DNA from: Malacoraja senta
Taxonomy: Eukaryota
DNA length: 64,000 nt
Direction: 5' to 3'
NCBI GenBank assembly: GCA_038087875.1
Contig: JAXLNO010001219.1
Location: forward strand, 1 to 64,000
Shown: positions 47,380 through 60,464 of the stretch, piece after piece
Layout of the letters: the number at the start of each line of letters is the position of its first letter
Position numbering within the stretch: the first letter of the stretch is position 1
Notes under the pieces: model-generated
What the model was told of the DNA's origin: nothing
The model's input: the letters and a program-made list of their open reading frames with translations, nothing else
Database searches by the model: none
Made by a program: the position numbers and the translations under genes

Positions 47380-50110
47380 GAGAGATCTTTAATTCGGTGT
47401 GAGTTTTTAGCAATACTTGCTTTACCACTCTATTTAGATTACACTGCTTTAATCTGTCCTATACGTTGTGAAAGATGGACACAAAATGCTGGAGTAACTC
47501 AACAGGTCAGACAGCATCTCTGGAGAAAATAGACAGTTGATGTTTGACATTGGGACCCATATTCAGATGGTCTGTAGAAAGGTCCTGACCCAAAATGTTA
47601 CCCATTAATTTTCACCAGAGATATTTCATGACCATCTGAGTTACTCCAGCATTTTGGGTTCGTCTTTGGATAAACCGGCATCTTTTTATAGCTATACTTT
47701 GTCAAGCTCCTTCTGAGCTGGTTCGTTCAATTCATCAGGTGTAAGGGGTGATGGGGAGAAGGCAGGAGAGTGATGTTAGGAGGGAGAGGTAGATCAGCGA
47801 TGATTCAATGGTGGAGTAGCTTTCATGGGCAAAATTGTCTGCCCCTATCACTGATGACCTTACGAATTACACCCACTTCTACGATCTCTTTCATCCGCCA
47901 GTATAATGAATGACTCTAGATCACGAATACAAATGATAAAACGCCACTGGTTCCCATTCTTGTCATACCCACCCTCATTCCCTCCACCCACAAATTCCCC
48001 AACCCTCCCATCATAATTCCTTGCAAGGGTCAGCCTAAGCACACCTCAACCCATTGTCTCTGGGCCAAAATATTGTGCGTTCGTCAATAAAGGGGCAATG
48101 GACCAAGCAAGAAAATGGGTTCAAGTGGATAGTGGGCTAAGGCAGAGAAGCCCAAGATGCAGCAGAAGTAAGTTCAATTGGAAATGCTGATCTTAGCAGC
48201 ATTTCTACAGGACCTCTTCTAAACTCTAGAGGTACTCTGTTCGAAATATACAAAGTTCTTACAGAGCAGGAGAGTGCAGGTGAAGGGATTAGGTTTTCCA
48301 TGGCTCGTAGTGAGGAGGGGTTAGTTGGGCCAAAGGGTCTGTTTCTTCGTTGTATGAATCTATGACTCGAATAAACTCTAGCCTGGGAACAATTTTTTCT
48401 TCAATATTGAAGGATTCACGGAAATAGAACTAGTACTGGATATTGAGATGATAAAGGATAAGGTATGATTTTAATGCATGGTGTAGGACCTAGTGCGGAC
48501 CTAGTGCGGACCTAGTGCGGACTGACATATTTGTTCATTAATTTGTTCGCCCTACAATACACTTTTTTTTAACACATTTCCAGTCAATGTACAAACACAT
48601 CAAAGGCCATCGTGCGATGGAAATAGATATTGGGTTCTGAGTCAAATGTGTGAGCTGCATCTTTCTGTAGTCAACGAGCTTCCTGTTAATATGTGCAGTT
48701 GAGTAAACACAAAACAACACTTCAGTGGGTCAAGCAGCATCTCTGACAGGAAATGGGCACATGACATTTCAGGTCAAGACCCTACTTCAGACTGGTGTTA
48801 CTTTTCTCCGAATATGACTGCCGCAGAAACCCACAAACATACAATGTGCATAGGTTAGTACGTTTTTAGTGCAGAATTAGGCATCTCGGCCATTCAAGTC
48901 TACTCCACACTTCAATCATGGCTGATGTATTTTCCCCTCCCAACCCCATTCTCCTGCCTTCTCCTTATAATCCCTGAAGCCCACACTGATCAGGAATCTT
49001 TCAATCTCTGCCTCCGAAATATCCATTGACTTGGCTTCCACAACCGTCTGTTAAAATAAATTCCACAGATTCACCACCCTCTGACTAAGGAAATTTGGCC
49101 CATATCTCTCTAAACCTATCATGTCAAGGTACCCTCAGGTTCCTATTAAATCTTTCCCCCCTCCCCCCCTCACCCCCTCAACCCCCCCCCCCACCTCACC
49201 CCCCCTCACCCCCCCCCCACCTCACCCCCCCCTCTCACCCCCCCCTCTCTCCCCTTAAACCTATGTCCTCTGGTCCTCAAGTGTTCAGCAAGAACATGTA
49301 GAGTGTAAGAATGTTCGCTCAGGGAGAGCACCTTGTCCTGGCAGGTTAGTGGGTTTCAGGTAGAACACAGTGGCACAGCGGTAGAGTTGCTGCATTACCA
49401 CGGCTGAGATCCTGGTACGATGCTGACTTCGGGTGCTGTCTCTATGGAGTATGTACGTTCTCCCTGTGTCCGCATGGGTTTTCTCTGGGTACTCCAATTT
49501 CCTCCCACACTCCAAATACATACAGGTTTGTAGGTTAATTTGCTCAATAAATTGTATATGGGGTGAACACTGATTGGCGCGGTGTCGATGGGCCGAAGAC
49601 CCTGTTCCCACGCTGTATCTATAACGTTTTCTTGTCAATTGCGCACACCGGAAGGAGCTGGATACCAGTCTTGTCCAGAGCACAGCTGCCTTGTGTACCT
49701 CGGACGTTGTGCAACACAACGCAACGATAAAATGGTCTGACTGGGGAGCCCTTCCCACCAACTTGATAGGGCTCTTAAAGATAGCAGAGTCAGGGGATAT
49801 GGGGAGAAGGCAGGAACATGGTACTGATTGTGGATGATCAGCAATGATCGCATTAAATGGCGGTGCTGGCTCGTAGGGCCGAATGGCCTTCTCCTACACC
49901 TATTGTCTATTGTCTATTGTCTATAACACCCAAGGAAGGATGTTCACTGTCGGCTTCCAAAACCATCAGGGAGGAAGTACCATAGACTTAACTCTGCAGT
50001 TTGCTTGCTGGTTTGCAAGCATGTGTCGAGGAGGATGGTGGCTTAAGAGTTAATGTGTACATGACAGATTGCTTGTTGCACGTGGTGAGCCTGCTTTACT
50101 TACTTAGGAT

Positions 50111-50451
50111 TGTTAACTAATGAATGGTTTTGCAGAACTAAAAAAGGTATTGTGACTAAAAAGGGAAGAGGCCCGATACCAAGTAGTACTGCAGTTAAAA
50201 CACATCTGTTCTAAACAATAAGAACCAGTGCAGAAATGTGCTGATTGTGTGATTAGCTGGACACATGACCACTCATGTATAAATATACTGCCTGTGCACA
50301 GAAAAATTGAGTGGGACCGTGAGGGGCAACGATTATGTAACCATACTCATGTATGCTCTCCAACTCCCGCGTGCGTAATAAAGAGGAATTGTTACATTCT
50401 TAAAGTGACTAATTTGGTTTGTTGTTTGATAGCGCGGTTTGAAATTTAACA
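50111..50451 (+). mobile_element. LTR of a truncated LTR retroelement or ERV
   Basis: Termini TGTTAA...TTAACA form an inverted repeat. TATAAA at 50278 and AATAAA at 50377; a PBS follows immediately. Confidence 0.72.
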
Positions 50452-50452
50452 T

Positions 50453-50470
50453 TGGCATAGTCGGCAGGAT
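50453..50470 (+). promoter_or_regulatory. Primer-binding site complementary to tRNA-Ser
   Basis: TGGCATAGTCGGCAGGAT matches 17 of 18 nt of TGGCGTAGTCGGCAGGAT, the complement of the vertebrate tRNA-Ser 3' end as recalled from memory. Confidence 0.78.
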
Positions 50471-52854
50471 ATCGCTGGGACCATCCCCGACGACTGCGTA
50501 AGCAGCTGTTATCTGGCCGGGACCTCGAGGTGGTAAAAAGTGTACTATCGGATCCATTGAGTCTGAACTCCCGAACGAGTTCTCGGGAAACCGTGGTCCC
50601 TCGTCTGAGGTTGATCTGGTTCCCTGCCGAGATTCACAAGAGTCAGAGGTAAGAGAAACATCGTTATAATAGTCAAAAGGTGGGTTAATTGAACATTCAA
50701 ACTGAGAAGAGTGGGGTCTGTGTAAATTAAGATAATAATTGAACATTCCCATCGTAATTCCTTGCAAAGGTCAGCCTAAGCACACCACAACCCATTCTCT
50801 CTGGGCCAAAATATTGTGGGTTCAAGTCCGTAAAGGGGCAATAGATCAAGCAAGAACATGGGTTCAAGTGGATTGTGGTCTAAAGCAGATATGCCCAAGA
50901 TGTAAAATAATCCTCAAGCCTGGGTAAGGGGCCTCACTGAAACTTGGTCAAGACTGGATTTTACCTGCCTCAGTGACCAGTTGCAAATAAACTGATCTTA
51001 AGTGAGCCCATCCCTAGATACGACCTAGCAGAGGGGAAATGGGGAGGGATGTGAGTAATTTAGCGTGGAACTGCAGAAATATTCATAGATTTTCTAATTT
51101 GTTAGAATGCAAGAAGTGCGACAAGAGTGTTTTATTGTCATAGAGTATGTACTTGCAGCTGCACAATAGAGCAATATACATGAATTCCTTTATCTTTTGT
51201 ACTAACTGAGAATGCAAGGTGGAGGAAGGGGAGGAAGGCAATGTAGATGTGGTTGTGTAAAAGGCAATGAATGCTTTGTATCTGAGGGCATCTGCCCCAG
51301 GACATGTGTAACTAAAGTTGGCCAATGTGTAATAAAAATAATTTGTTCTGAAAATAAGCCCCCGAGTCCACGTGAAATGTTCCCGTCTACAACGTCCTTC
51401 CCCAGTAAATGAGCACACGACGTACGAGCACTTCAGTGCCAACTGTAGAGTACATCATTGCCTGAACTGCAAACTTCTGAGTGAGATTCGAAACCAAGAA
51501 GATTCAACTGTCATGACCACAGAACCTCCAACCCCTCTCCAAAAAAAGGCAATTTCTGTAGCAGAAGAAAGTTCGATTGGAAATTCCGGTCTTAGCAGCA
51601 TTGCTAAAGGACCTCTTCTCAACTCTGGAGGTACTCTGTTCGAAATATACAAAGTTCTTACAGAGCAGGAGAGTGCAGGGATGAGGCCTATCTTTGCTCA
51701 ATTATCCAGACGCAGTGAGGAGGGGTAAGTTGGGCCAAATGGCCTGTTTCTGCGTTGTATGACTCAATGACTCCAATACAATCTAGCCTGGGAACAATTG
51801 TTTCTTTGATATTAAGGGATCTATGGAAATAGAACTAGTACTGGAAACTGACATGATAAAGGATAAGCTACGATTTTAATGCATGGTGTAGTTATGAAGG
51901 ACCGAATGGGGCCTGATATACTTGTTCATTAAATTGTTCACCCAACAATACACATTTATTTGTTTTGAACACATTTCCAGTCAATGTACAAACACATCAA
52001 AGGCCAACGTGCGATGGAAAGAAATATTGGGTTCTGAGCCAAATGTGTGAGCTGCATCTTGCTGTGGTCAACGTGCTTCCTGTTAATATGAGCAGTTGAG
52101 CAAAACACAAAAAAACACTACAGTGGTTCAAGCAGCATATGTGAAAGGAGATGGGCAAGTGACATTTCAAGTCAGGACCCTACTTCAGACTGGTGTTACT
52201 TTTCTCAGAATATGATTGCAGCAGAAACCCACAAACAAACAATGGTCATAGGTTCATAAGTCCTAAGTGCAGAATTAGGCCTTTCGGCCCATCAAGTCTA
52301 CTCCGCCATTCAATCATGGCTGATCTATCTTCCCCTCTCAACTCCATTCACCTGCCTTCTCCCCATAACCCCTGACTCCCACACTAATCAGGTATCTGTC
52401 AATCTCTGCCTAAAAAATATCCATCGAATTGGCTTCCACAGTTGACTGTTGAAAAAATTCCACAAATTCACCAACCTCTGACTAAAGAAATTTGGCCCAT
52501 ATCTCTCTAAACCTATCCTGTCCAGCTTCCCTCAGGTTCCTATTAAATCTTTCCCCAACCTTAAACCTATGACCACTGCTTCTCAAATTATGTCCTCTGG
52601 TTCTCAAGTATTCAGCAATAACATGTAGAGTATAACAATGTTATCTTAGGGAGAGCACATTGCCCTGGCAGGTCAGTGGGTGGAACACAGTGGCACAGCC
52701 GGTAGAGTCGCTGCCTTGCAGCGCCTGAGACCCAGGTTCGATGCTGACTTCGGGTGCTGTCTGTATGGAGTTTGTACGTTCTCCTTGTGTACACATGTTT
52801 CTCGGGGTGCTCCGGTTTCCTCCCACACTCCAAAGACATATAGGTTTGTAGGTT

Positions 52855-53077
52855 GTTAAAGAAGGAACTGCAGATGCTGGAAAATCGTAGGTACACAAAA
52901 ATGCTGGAGAAACTCAGCGGGTGCAGCAGCATCTATGGAGCGAAGGAAATAGGCAACGTTTCGGGCCGAAACCCTTCTTCAGACTGAAGAAGGGTTTCGG
53001 CCCGAAACGTTGCCTATTTCCTTCGCTCCATAGATGCTGCTGCACCCGCTGAGTTTCTCCAGCATTTTTGTGTACCT
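52855..53077. mobile_element. 223-bp Penelope-pLTR-derived insertion containing a perfect palindrome, within a SINE
   Basis: Arms 52889-52982 and 52984-53077. 14-bp direct repeat taggtttgtaggtt at 52841-52854 and 53078-53091. Confidence 0.85.
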
Positions 53078-54240
53078 TAGGTTTGTAGGTTAATGTGCAC
53101 AGTAAATTGTATATGGGGTGAACACTGGTTGGCGCGGTCTCAGTGGGCCGAAGAGCCTGTTTCCACGCTGTATCTATAAAGTTTTCTTGCCAATTGCACA
53201 CTCCAGAAGTAGATGGATAACAGTTTTGTCCAGAGCACGGCTGCCTTGTGCAGATCTGTGGTTGTGCAACACAACGCAACGCAAAAAGGATCTGACTTTG
53301 GAGCCCTTCCCACCACCACCCAACGTAGGATGTTCACAGTCGGCTTGCAAAACCGTCGAGGGGGAAGTACCATAGACTTAATTCTGCAGTTTGCTTGCCG
53401 GTTTGCAAGCATGCAGCTCCCATGTTGCTACCCAGGGTTCAATCCTTGTTCTTGCCTGCAAGGTAAGTTGAAATATATGTCGGACAATCACACATTGGCA
53501 CAGCAGGTAGAGCCGCTGCCGCACAGCATCCGAGTCCCAGGTTCGATACTGACCTCGAGTGCTGTCTGGAAATCATTTGTAACCAATGATGTAGAATTTC
53601 ATGATCACGGCAGGATTAAAAACGTATTAATTTGTGTGAATCTCTGGAGGAACTCCAGTAATCGCACAACATTAAAGTGAATCTGCTTGGCCGTCACTCC
53701 ATATTTTCCTTACTTTTGTCAAAATTATTTTGAAATGTATCTCCCAGTCGGTGTGGAGACGCTCAGGAGGGAAGTCCAGAAGAGAGTGTGAATGGTTTAC
53801 ATCAGCGTGGCCAAGCAAAACCTGGGCCACAGTTTCGCTGAACACTTGTGCTTGGTCTGTCATGACCCAGAATCGCGCTTGATAGACACCCCATCCTCAA
53901 CCTCCCCCGCTGATGCAGAGCAGCAGCAGTTTAGCACGATGCACTGCAGCAACTCACCAAGACTCCCTCGACAGCGCCTTGCAATTGCAAAAGGCTCCGT
54001 GTTCAAGGCATTATTCTTCACCATTCCCACCAACACTGGCTGGGAAGTGCTTTGGAACGACCTGTGCAGGTGGTGAGGGACGGTGTACAGTATCTGTCTC
54101 TCATCGCAATCTAGGTGGAATTCAACACAGTTACGAAAATGATTGGGCGGTCTCCCCTGTACACAGTGATGTATATTATAATGTATCTGTTTGTGAAAGG
54201 CTAATTTTCCTCTTCAAATTATGAAATATTTAACCTTCAG

Positions 54241-54815
54241 TTTCATGTGCACTGTGGGCAGAGAGCGCAGAAAGAGGGGTTGTAGGTAAAGCGATCACAA
54301 TCGTATGTCACTATGCAGCAGCGTACCACTCACACACAAAATACTGGTGCCGTGGGACAAGTCGCCAACGTACACATGTGGTGGAAACAAATGGCAAACA
54401 TGGACAGAGCGGAAGAGTGTCAATCACAGATAACCCGGCACGAGGAACATTTACTGTGACTGTGGAGGATCTTCGCTCTGGAGATACAGGATGGTACAAA
54501 TGTGGAATTATTACATCTGGCGAACCAACATTTAAAGTACACAACAAAAACCGTGCAGGTTTTCATATCCTGAAGTTAAACCAAATCTCGATGTATATGA
54601 TATCACGAGGTATTGTCAGGTTGTACGTGTGCAGAATGGATTTCTGTGCCCGGTGTGGATTCATAGGGGTCCATCTTCCAGACAGCAATGTGTTGGGGGT
54701 GGTCGGGTCAAATAAAGCGTGGTTCCCACTGTCAATGAGTCTGATGACTTCACATTGTCTTTTGCAGAGACGCGATGAGTCAGAAGCTGGCCACTCGACC
54801 CACGAATTACAATGA
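54241..54815 (+). pseudogene. V4-like exon relic fused by deletion to the gene-A-type 3' end
   Basis: Normal acceptor changed from tttcag to tttcat at 54246; C' Cys replaced by Arg (CGT). The V exon stops about 16 nt short at about 54541 and continues in sequence homologous to 9317 onward. No leader, C2b or TM exon was found. Confidence 0.78.
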
Positions 54816-57800
54816 AGACACCTAGCTTGCACCAACAGTGAGGGAATTCTGCACCGCGATGAAATATTTATGCATCATCCTGCTTTGTCAACTGATATCA
54901 ATTCGACGGAATATACGTCTCTTGCAATTCAACTAATGAATTCATGAAAGTGACTTCAAAGCAATGTTCCAAAGTTTCCAAACCATATATGTTTCCAAAA
55001 CGCATTTCCGGCAATGATCTGATTGTTTGTCACCTCTTCCAAGGTTTCTTTCGTCACCTTCGAACTGTTGTTTTAACCTTTGCATGTTTTCCGTTGCTCC
55101 AACGTCTTATACTCTGTTAAACTATATTATATGCATTCAACTTCCTGGAAAAAAATGTTTTCGCTGATTATTGAATAATAATGCATCATAATGCTTCTTA
55201 ATAAATTGTTATTGTCGATAAATTGTTTGTCTGATTTGTTTTGTATATACTGCAACTTCAGTGATGAAGAACAGACTGCAATCAGACTGCTGCATATTCC
55301 TTCGGTTGCCAAACGTTAAAGGCGTTTAGGAAAGGCAATCAATTAATCTTTCAGACCATGCTATTCTATCAGAACAAAATTATGCAACGACATTGTTTTG
55401 ACTATTAGCCTTATTTTTTATCTCCACAGATGTTGACTGACGCGCTAAGCACATCTAGCATCTGCACATTTAATTTCCGATATGCAACTAATTTTTAGGT
55501 TGGAAGGAACTCCAGATGCTGTTTTGAACTGAAGATAGACATAAATTGCTGGGGTAACTCAGCGTGATAGGCAGCATCTGTGGATCGATCAGGTAGGTTT
55601 AGGCGGACTGAGCGGCGGTGAGACGATCGCCGAGCCTGCGCTTGTTCTCGCTTCTCGGCGATCGTTTCGCTGAACACCGCCGCTCAGTCCGCCTAAATCT
55701 ACCTGATATCCCGGTCGCTAAACACTTTAACACCCCCCTCCCATTCACACACTGACATTTCAATCCTCGGCATCCTCCATTGTCATAGTGAGTCCCAGCG
55801 TAAATTGGAGGAACAGCACCTCATATTTCGCTTGGGCAGCTTCCACCCCAGCCGTGTGAACAATTACTTCGCTAACTTCAAGTAACCCTTGCTTTCCCTC
55901 TCAATCCACCCGCCCCCCCTCCCCCACCTTCCCAGTACTCCGATCAGTCTGACAGTCCCCGATTATATTTTATCTCTAATTGCGTTGTTGTCACCTTCTC
56001 CCAGCTAACAATAATCTATTCTACATTTTCCTTGATCCACATCACCTTTGGCTTCACGCCTTACAGTTCCTTATCCAAGTATCTCCCTCTCCCCTGACTT
56101 CAGTCTGAAGAAGGGTCTCGACCCGAAACGTCACCCATTCCTTTCATTCATAGATGCTGCCTGTCCCGCTGAGTTACTCCAGCATGTTGTACAACAATAT
56201 TTTTTGATTAAGTGATTGAATGATACAGCATGGATACAGACCATTTGGCCCACCGAGTCCACGTAAACCAGCAATCAACCCTTTCACACTAATTCTATAT
56301 CACCCCACTTTCGCGTCTTTTGAGTACAGTAATATTGATATACATTTTAATGCTGCAACGAGTTATTCATTTTGTCTACCGTACAAATGAGTTAAAGGAC
56401 AAAAATAAAGGCCACGATGGCGCAACGGTAGAGTTGCTGCCGCACAGCGCTTGCATCGCCGGAGACCCGGGTTGGACGTGTACGGAGTTTGTACGTTCTC
56501 CCCGTGATCGCATGGGTTTTCTTCGAGATCTTCCGCCTCCTCCCACACTCCAAAGACGTACAGGTATGTATGTTAATTGGCTTGCTATTAATGAAAATTG
56601 TCCCCAGTGTGTATGCGGTCAGTGTGGACTCGCTGCTGACACTTTGCTCGCGCTGCTGCAACAAGGGTGTGTAGATTCGTATCTCTGAACCGCATCTTGC
56701 GAGCAACTCGTTGTAACACTGTTTGCTGAACAGTGTTTGCAGAAGTCATGGGTCAATGGCGAATGAAGACAGAATTAAATTGTTTGGTGCATCGTCGGTT
56801 CCTCTTTGCAGTATGTTTAGTTGGGCAAGTAAACATGAAATAGCTCCTAACAAAAGATCCTTTACAGAGGGCCGTCAACGCTCATCTAACATCAGTGGCG
56901 GACACATCAATGTGTTACACCGATGCCACGTGATACACAACATTGACACTGATGTACACAACCCGAATAAACTGCACTCTTCCCCTGAAAGTAACACACC
57001 CAGAACGATAGCCCGCTGCAGATATTAGGTTATATTATAATGCAACTATTTGCCTACAGATTGAAATGAATCGATGCAAGCAGATGTAAAAAGTCAGCAA
57101 CTGACATATACATGAACAGAACACTGATAATATATGAGCTCTGTATTGCAATGAAGACAATTAACAATTCTATTCAACGTGCATATTTTACCTTGCTTTA
57201 ACTTCACTAAGTGTATCACTTCGCCCTTGTTTGAGTTACATTACACATGTCAGTTACATTCCACATCCCGCTTTCCCACCTGATCTCCATCCTGTGGTAA
57301 TTCTAGACAAACTTATTCACAGTCCACTACACCATTAATTGTCATTTTCAAAACGTGAATAGCATGACAATAGTGTTTCAAAGTTTGAATTAAAGAGTTG
57401 AAGCAGAGAGGAGAAGGTCAAATTCCAATTAACCTCAGCTGATTTCAGGTGAAAAGCCCCTACTTCCTCACGCCAGCTTCCTGTTTTGCCCCTTGTCCCC
57501 AGTAATATGCCACAACAAAAGTTCCAATTATTATATTTTTAATCTGCCGGTCCACTTACAAAATCAACGAGAGGAAATGATCCGAAGTTTACACATCTTA
57601 GACGTTTCTACTCTTCTAAATGTCATATTTTATCCAATGTATCATTGTTTACAAGAAGGGTCCCGACCCGAAACATCACCTATCGATTTTCTCCAGAGAT
57701 GCTGCCTGGCCCGCAGAGTTCCTCCTGCATTTTTTTTGTCTAGCATTATTTCCACCACTGTTCAGTGTTAACAGACTCTGAGTACAGAGATAATCACAGC

Positions 57801-57870
57801 TCCATCCTTACGGATACATCACACTTGACGAAGTGGTTGAAGCAGCAGCAATAACAACATCTAACGAGCA
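54541..57870 (+). repeat. Segmental duplication of 9317-14520 (gene A 3' end and intergenic spacer)
   Basis: Collinear sequence lacking the CR1/Rex1 nest, an internal segment of about 0.7 kb, and the full-length CR1. Confidence 0.85.
55503..56190 (+). mobile_element. Penelope-like fragment (uninterrupted paralog of 10145-12110)
   Basis: GIY-YIG C-terminal sequence, with a perfect ctgaagaagggtctcgacccgaaacgtc motif at 56105-56132. Confidence 0.75.
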
Positions 57871-58208
57871 TTGGACAGGTCCATGTAAGGGGAAGGTTTG
57901 GGGAGTTTCGGGTTTAAATGTGGGAAAATCTAACTAACTTAGATATGCACATTGGTCTAACGCGTTGGGGAGAAGGGCCTGTTTCCGTGACGTATGACTC
58001 TGTGATCATCTGACCCAACCATTTGTTAAATATAACCCTGATCCTTTCACACTGTAACGTGTGGAGCTGCTGCTGGCTCGCTGTGGTTCAGGATCTGAAG
58101 TCCTGTTCCCTTCTTCGTCATTGCTATTTGAGAGATGCGGTTGTATCTGAGAGCTACGAGCTGAGCGACAGACAGACAAGTGCTGGCCTCGTCACTGTGG
58201 ATAAAACA

Positions 58209-58245
58209 ATGTGGATTCCCATTCTTCTCATCTCCTCGCTGCCGG
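58209..58245 (+). CDS. Gene C leader exon ([12 protein letters not shown])
   Basis: Same coding sequence and donor (CCGG|gtgagt) as 19480-19516. Confidence 0.85.
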
Positions 58246-59819
58246 GTGAGTGAAAGCCAGATCCGGATATTCCAATGATCAATGTTATTTGGGGTCTCAT
58301 GCACCCTTTCCACAGCAGAGATAGTTAAGTATGTGTAGACATGTAATGGGGGAGATGCAACTCAGTGCATTGTGGTGATGGATCTGAAATCACATTTGAA
58401 TATCTAGACTATGTTCGTAGTTTAACCACTGTTGACACGGTCTAATTGCATCCTGGTGATAGTTTATAGGCATAAAATAGCAAATGAATTTGGAGCAGAT
58501 ACTCCAAGATACCTGGACCGAAGGACAGAGGTTACAACATCACCAGGAAGTTAATTCTACACCTTTTAAATGTGTTTACAACTGAGGGGGGGGGGTGGTC
58601 GGGATTGTGGACTCATTGTATCAGTTCAAATATTCCCTGCATTTGTCCAACTCAACTCTGTCGCAAACCCAACAATTCCCCGCAGTCTGAGACTGAACCA
58701 CTGTTCTCGCTCTATCCACCCACCCCCAACTCTCTCTCCATCCTCTTTCCAATCCGCAACCCAGTCGCGCTAAAATGCAAGTTCAGGTTATTGTCACGTG
58801 TACCGAGGTACAGTGAAAAGCTTTTTGTTGCGTGCTAATCAGACAGATACATGATTATAATCGATCCTCTTACAGTGCATAGATACATGAAAGGGAAATA
58901 AAGTGTAAGGTAAAGCCAGCGAAGTCCGATCAAGGGTATTCCGAGGGTCACCAAAGAGGTAGATAGTTCAGCACTGCTCTCTGGTTGTGGTAGGATGATA
59001 CTGATGTGTGAGTGCAACTGGAAAGGAACTGTCCCCGAATCTGGCGGTGTGCGTTTTCACGCTAGTAACGCTCTCCGGTAATATACCCGCATTATTGTAA
59101 CTCGTCCGTCCTCAGTGTCCTCAGTCAGGGCTTTATAAAGGCAGTGGCGGCGGTGAATGTCTAAACACGGGTCCGGCCCAGTGTCGGTTGAGAGATAAAT
59201 GTTTCCGGGACATCTGGGCACCGCCTGGGGTTGAATACATCCTTGACAAGTATTGTAACATAGTTGTATAGTTGTTTATTTCGTTTATTTGTTTGTCTTG
59301 TATTATGGTGGTGGGTTCTGTTTTGTTTTATTGTATCGTCAATATTATTTTCAATAATTAAATAAATTATTTGATAATATTTTTTTTTTAAACACGTGTC
59401 CGGCCCAGTGTCGGTTGAGAGATGAATGTTGGCAGCGCAGCCGGCGGCACCGCCAATTAAATAGCAAAGTGGGGTCTTTCTTTAGGGTGAGAGGCCGGGC
59501 ACCGCCTGGGATTGTTGGAAGGCAGCTCCTGCAACACTGCCGCGCTCCCTCAGAACCGCACTGCGATCCCAGCCCAGTTTCTGCTCAGGGATCTGGAGTG
59601 GGAAGTGAACCCAAATTGTACTGAGCCGCGGACAGAACATTGACACAACTGGTACAATAACAGCACTGTCTGCACTTCAGACCGGAGACATTGGTCGTGA
59701 AGCAATATGACACATTATGGAACGTTTTACGTTTTCTTTCATGTAATCTTCAAAATGTATCAATTACCATTAAACAGTTAATTTGCTCTCCATCTGAAAG
59801 TTTCTCCGCTCAGTTTCAG

Positions 59820-60134
59820 GTGCAGTGTGGGCAGAGTGGGAAGTAAAAGGAGTTGTGGGAAGAGAGATCACAATCGATTGTCACTATGCAGCAGAGTACC
59901 GCTCACACACAAAATACTGGTGCCGTGGGAGGAGTCGATCGTGTAGAGTTTTAGTGGAAACAAATGGGCAACACGGACGGAGTGGAAGAGTGTCAATCAC
60001 AGATAACCCGGCACGAGGAATATTTATTGTGACTGTGGAGGATCTTCACTCGGAAGATACAGGATGGTACAGCTGTGGAATTTCAACATCAGCCGACCAT
60101 CCAATATTTAACGTTTTACTCGAAGTATCTGACG
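59820..60134 (+). CDS. Gene C exon V1'
   Basis: Acceptor tttcag|GT, donor GACG|gtatgt, 315 nt, phase 1-1. Confidence 0.93.
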
Positions 60135-60464
60135 GTATGTTTCGCAGCGAATGACTTGACGTCTCCAGCAGAAAGACAATACAGGATTACAATCGATCCT
60201 CTTACAGTGCATAGATACATGAAAAGGAAATTACGTTTAGTGTAAGGCGAATCCAGCAAAGTCCGATCAAGGGTAGTCCGAGGGTCATCAAAGAGATAGA
60301 TAGTTCCGCACTACTCTCTGGATGTGGTAGGATGATTCAGATGCCTGACAACAGCTGTGAAGAAATTGTCCCCGAATCTGGCGGTGTGCGTGTTCACGCT
60401 AGTAACGCTCTCCGGTAAGGGACCTGGAGGTGGGTGGTGAGTGGGCGAGTGGTGAGTGGGTGAG

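Larger units (their letters stand above)
48010..53420 (+). repeat. Local tandem duplication of a unit of about 2 kb (48010-50040 versus 50755-53420)
   Basis: Collinear blocks, e.g. taattccttgcaa(g/a)ggtcagcctaagcacacc at about 48013 and 50755, plus shared CR1 and SINE pieces. Confidence 0.75.

Noticed and set aside
50333-50767. 144-aa minus-strand ORF
   Set aside because: It is antisense to the LTR, PBS and leader, and has no protein motif.
54544-54552. Perfect RSS nonamer ACAAAAACC at the deletion junction
   Set aside because: There is no heptamer at 12-nt (CCAACAT) or 23-nt (CATCTGG) spacing, and the gene A paralog reads ACAAAAATC. Most likely chance.
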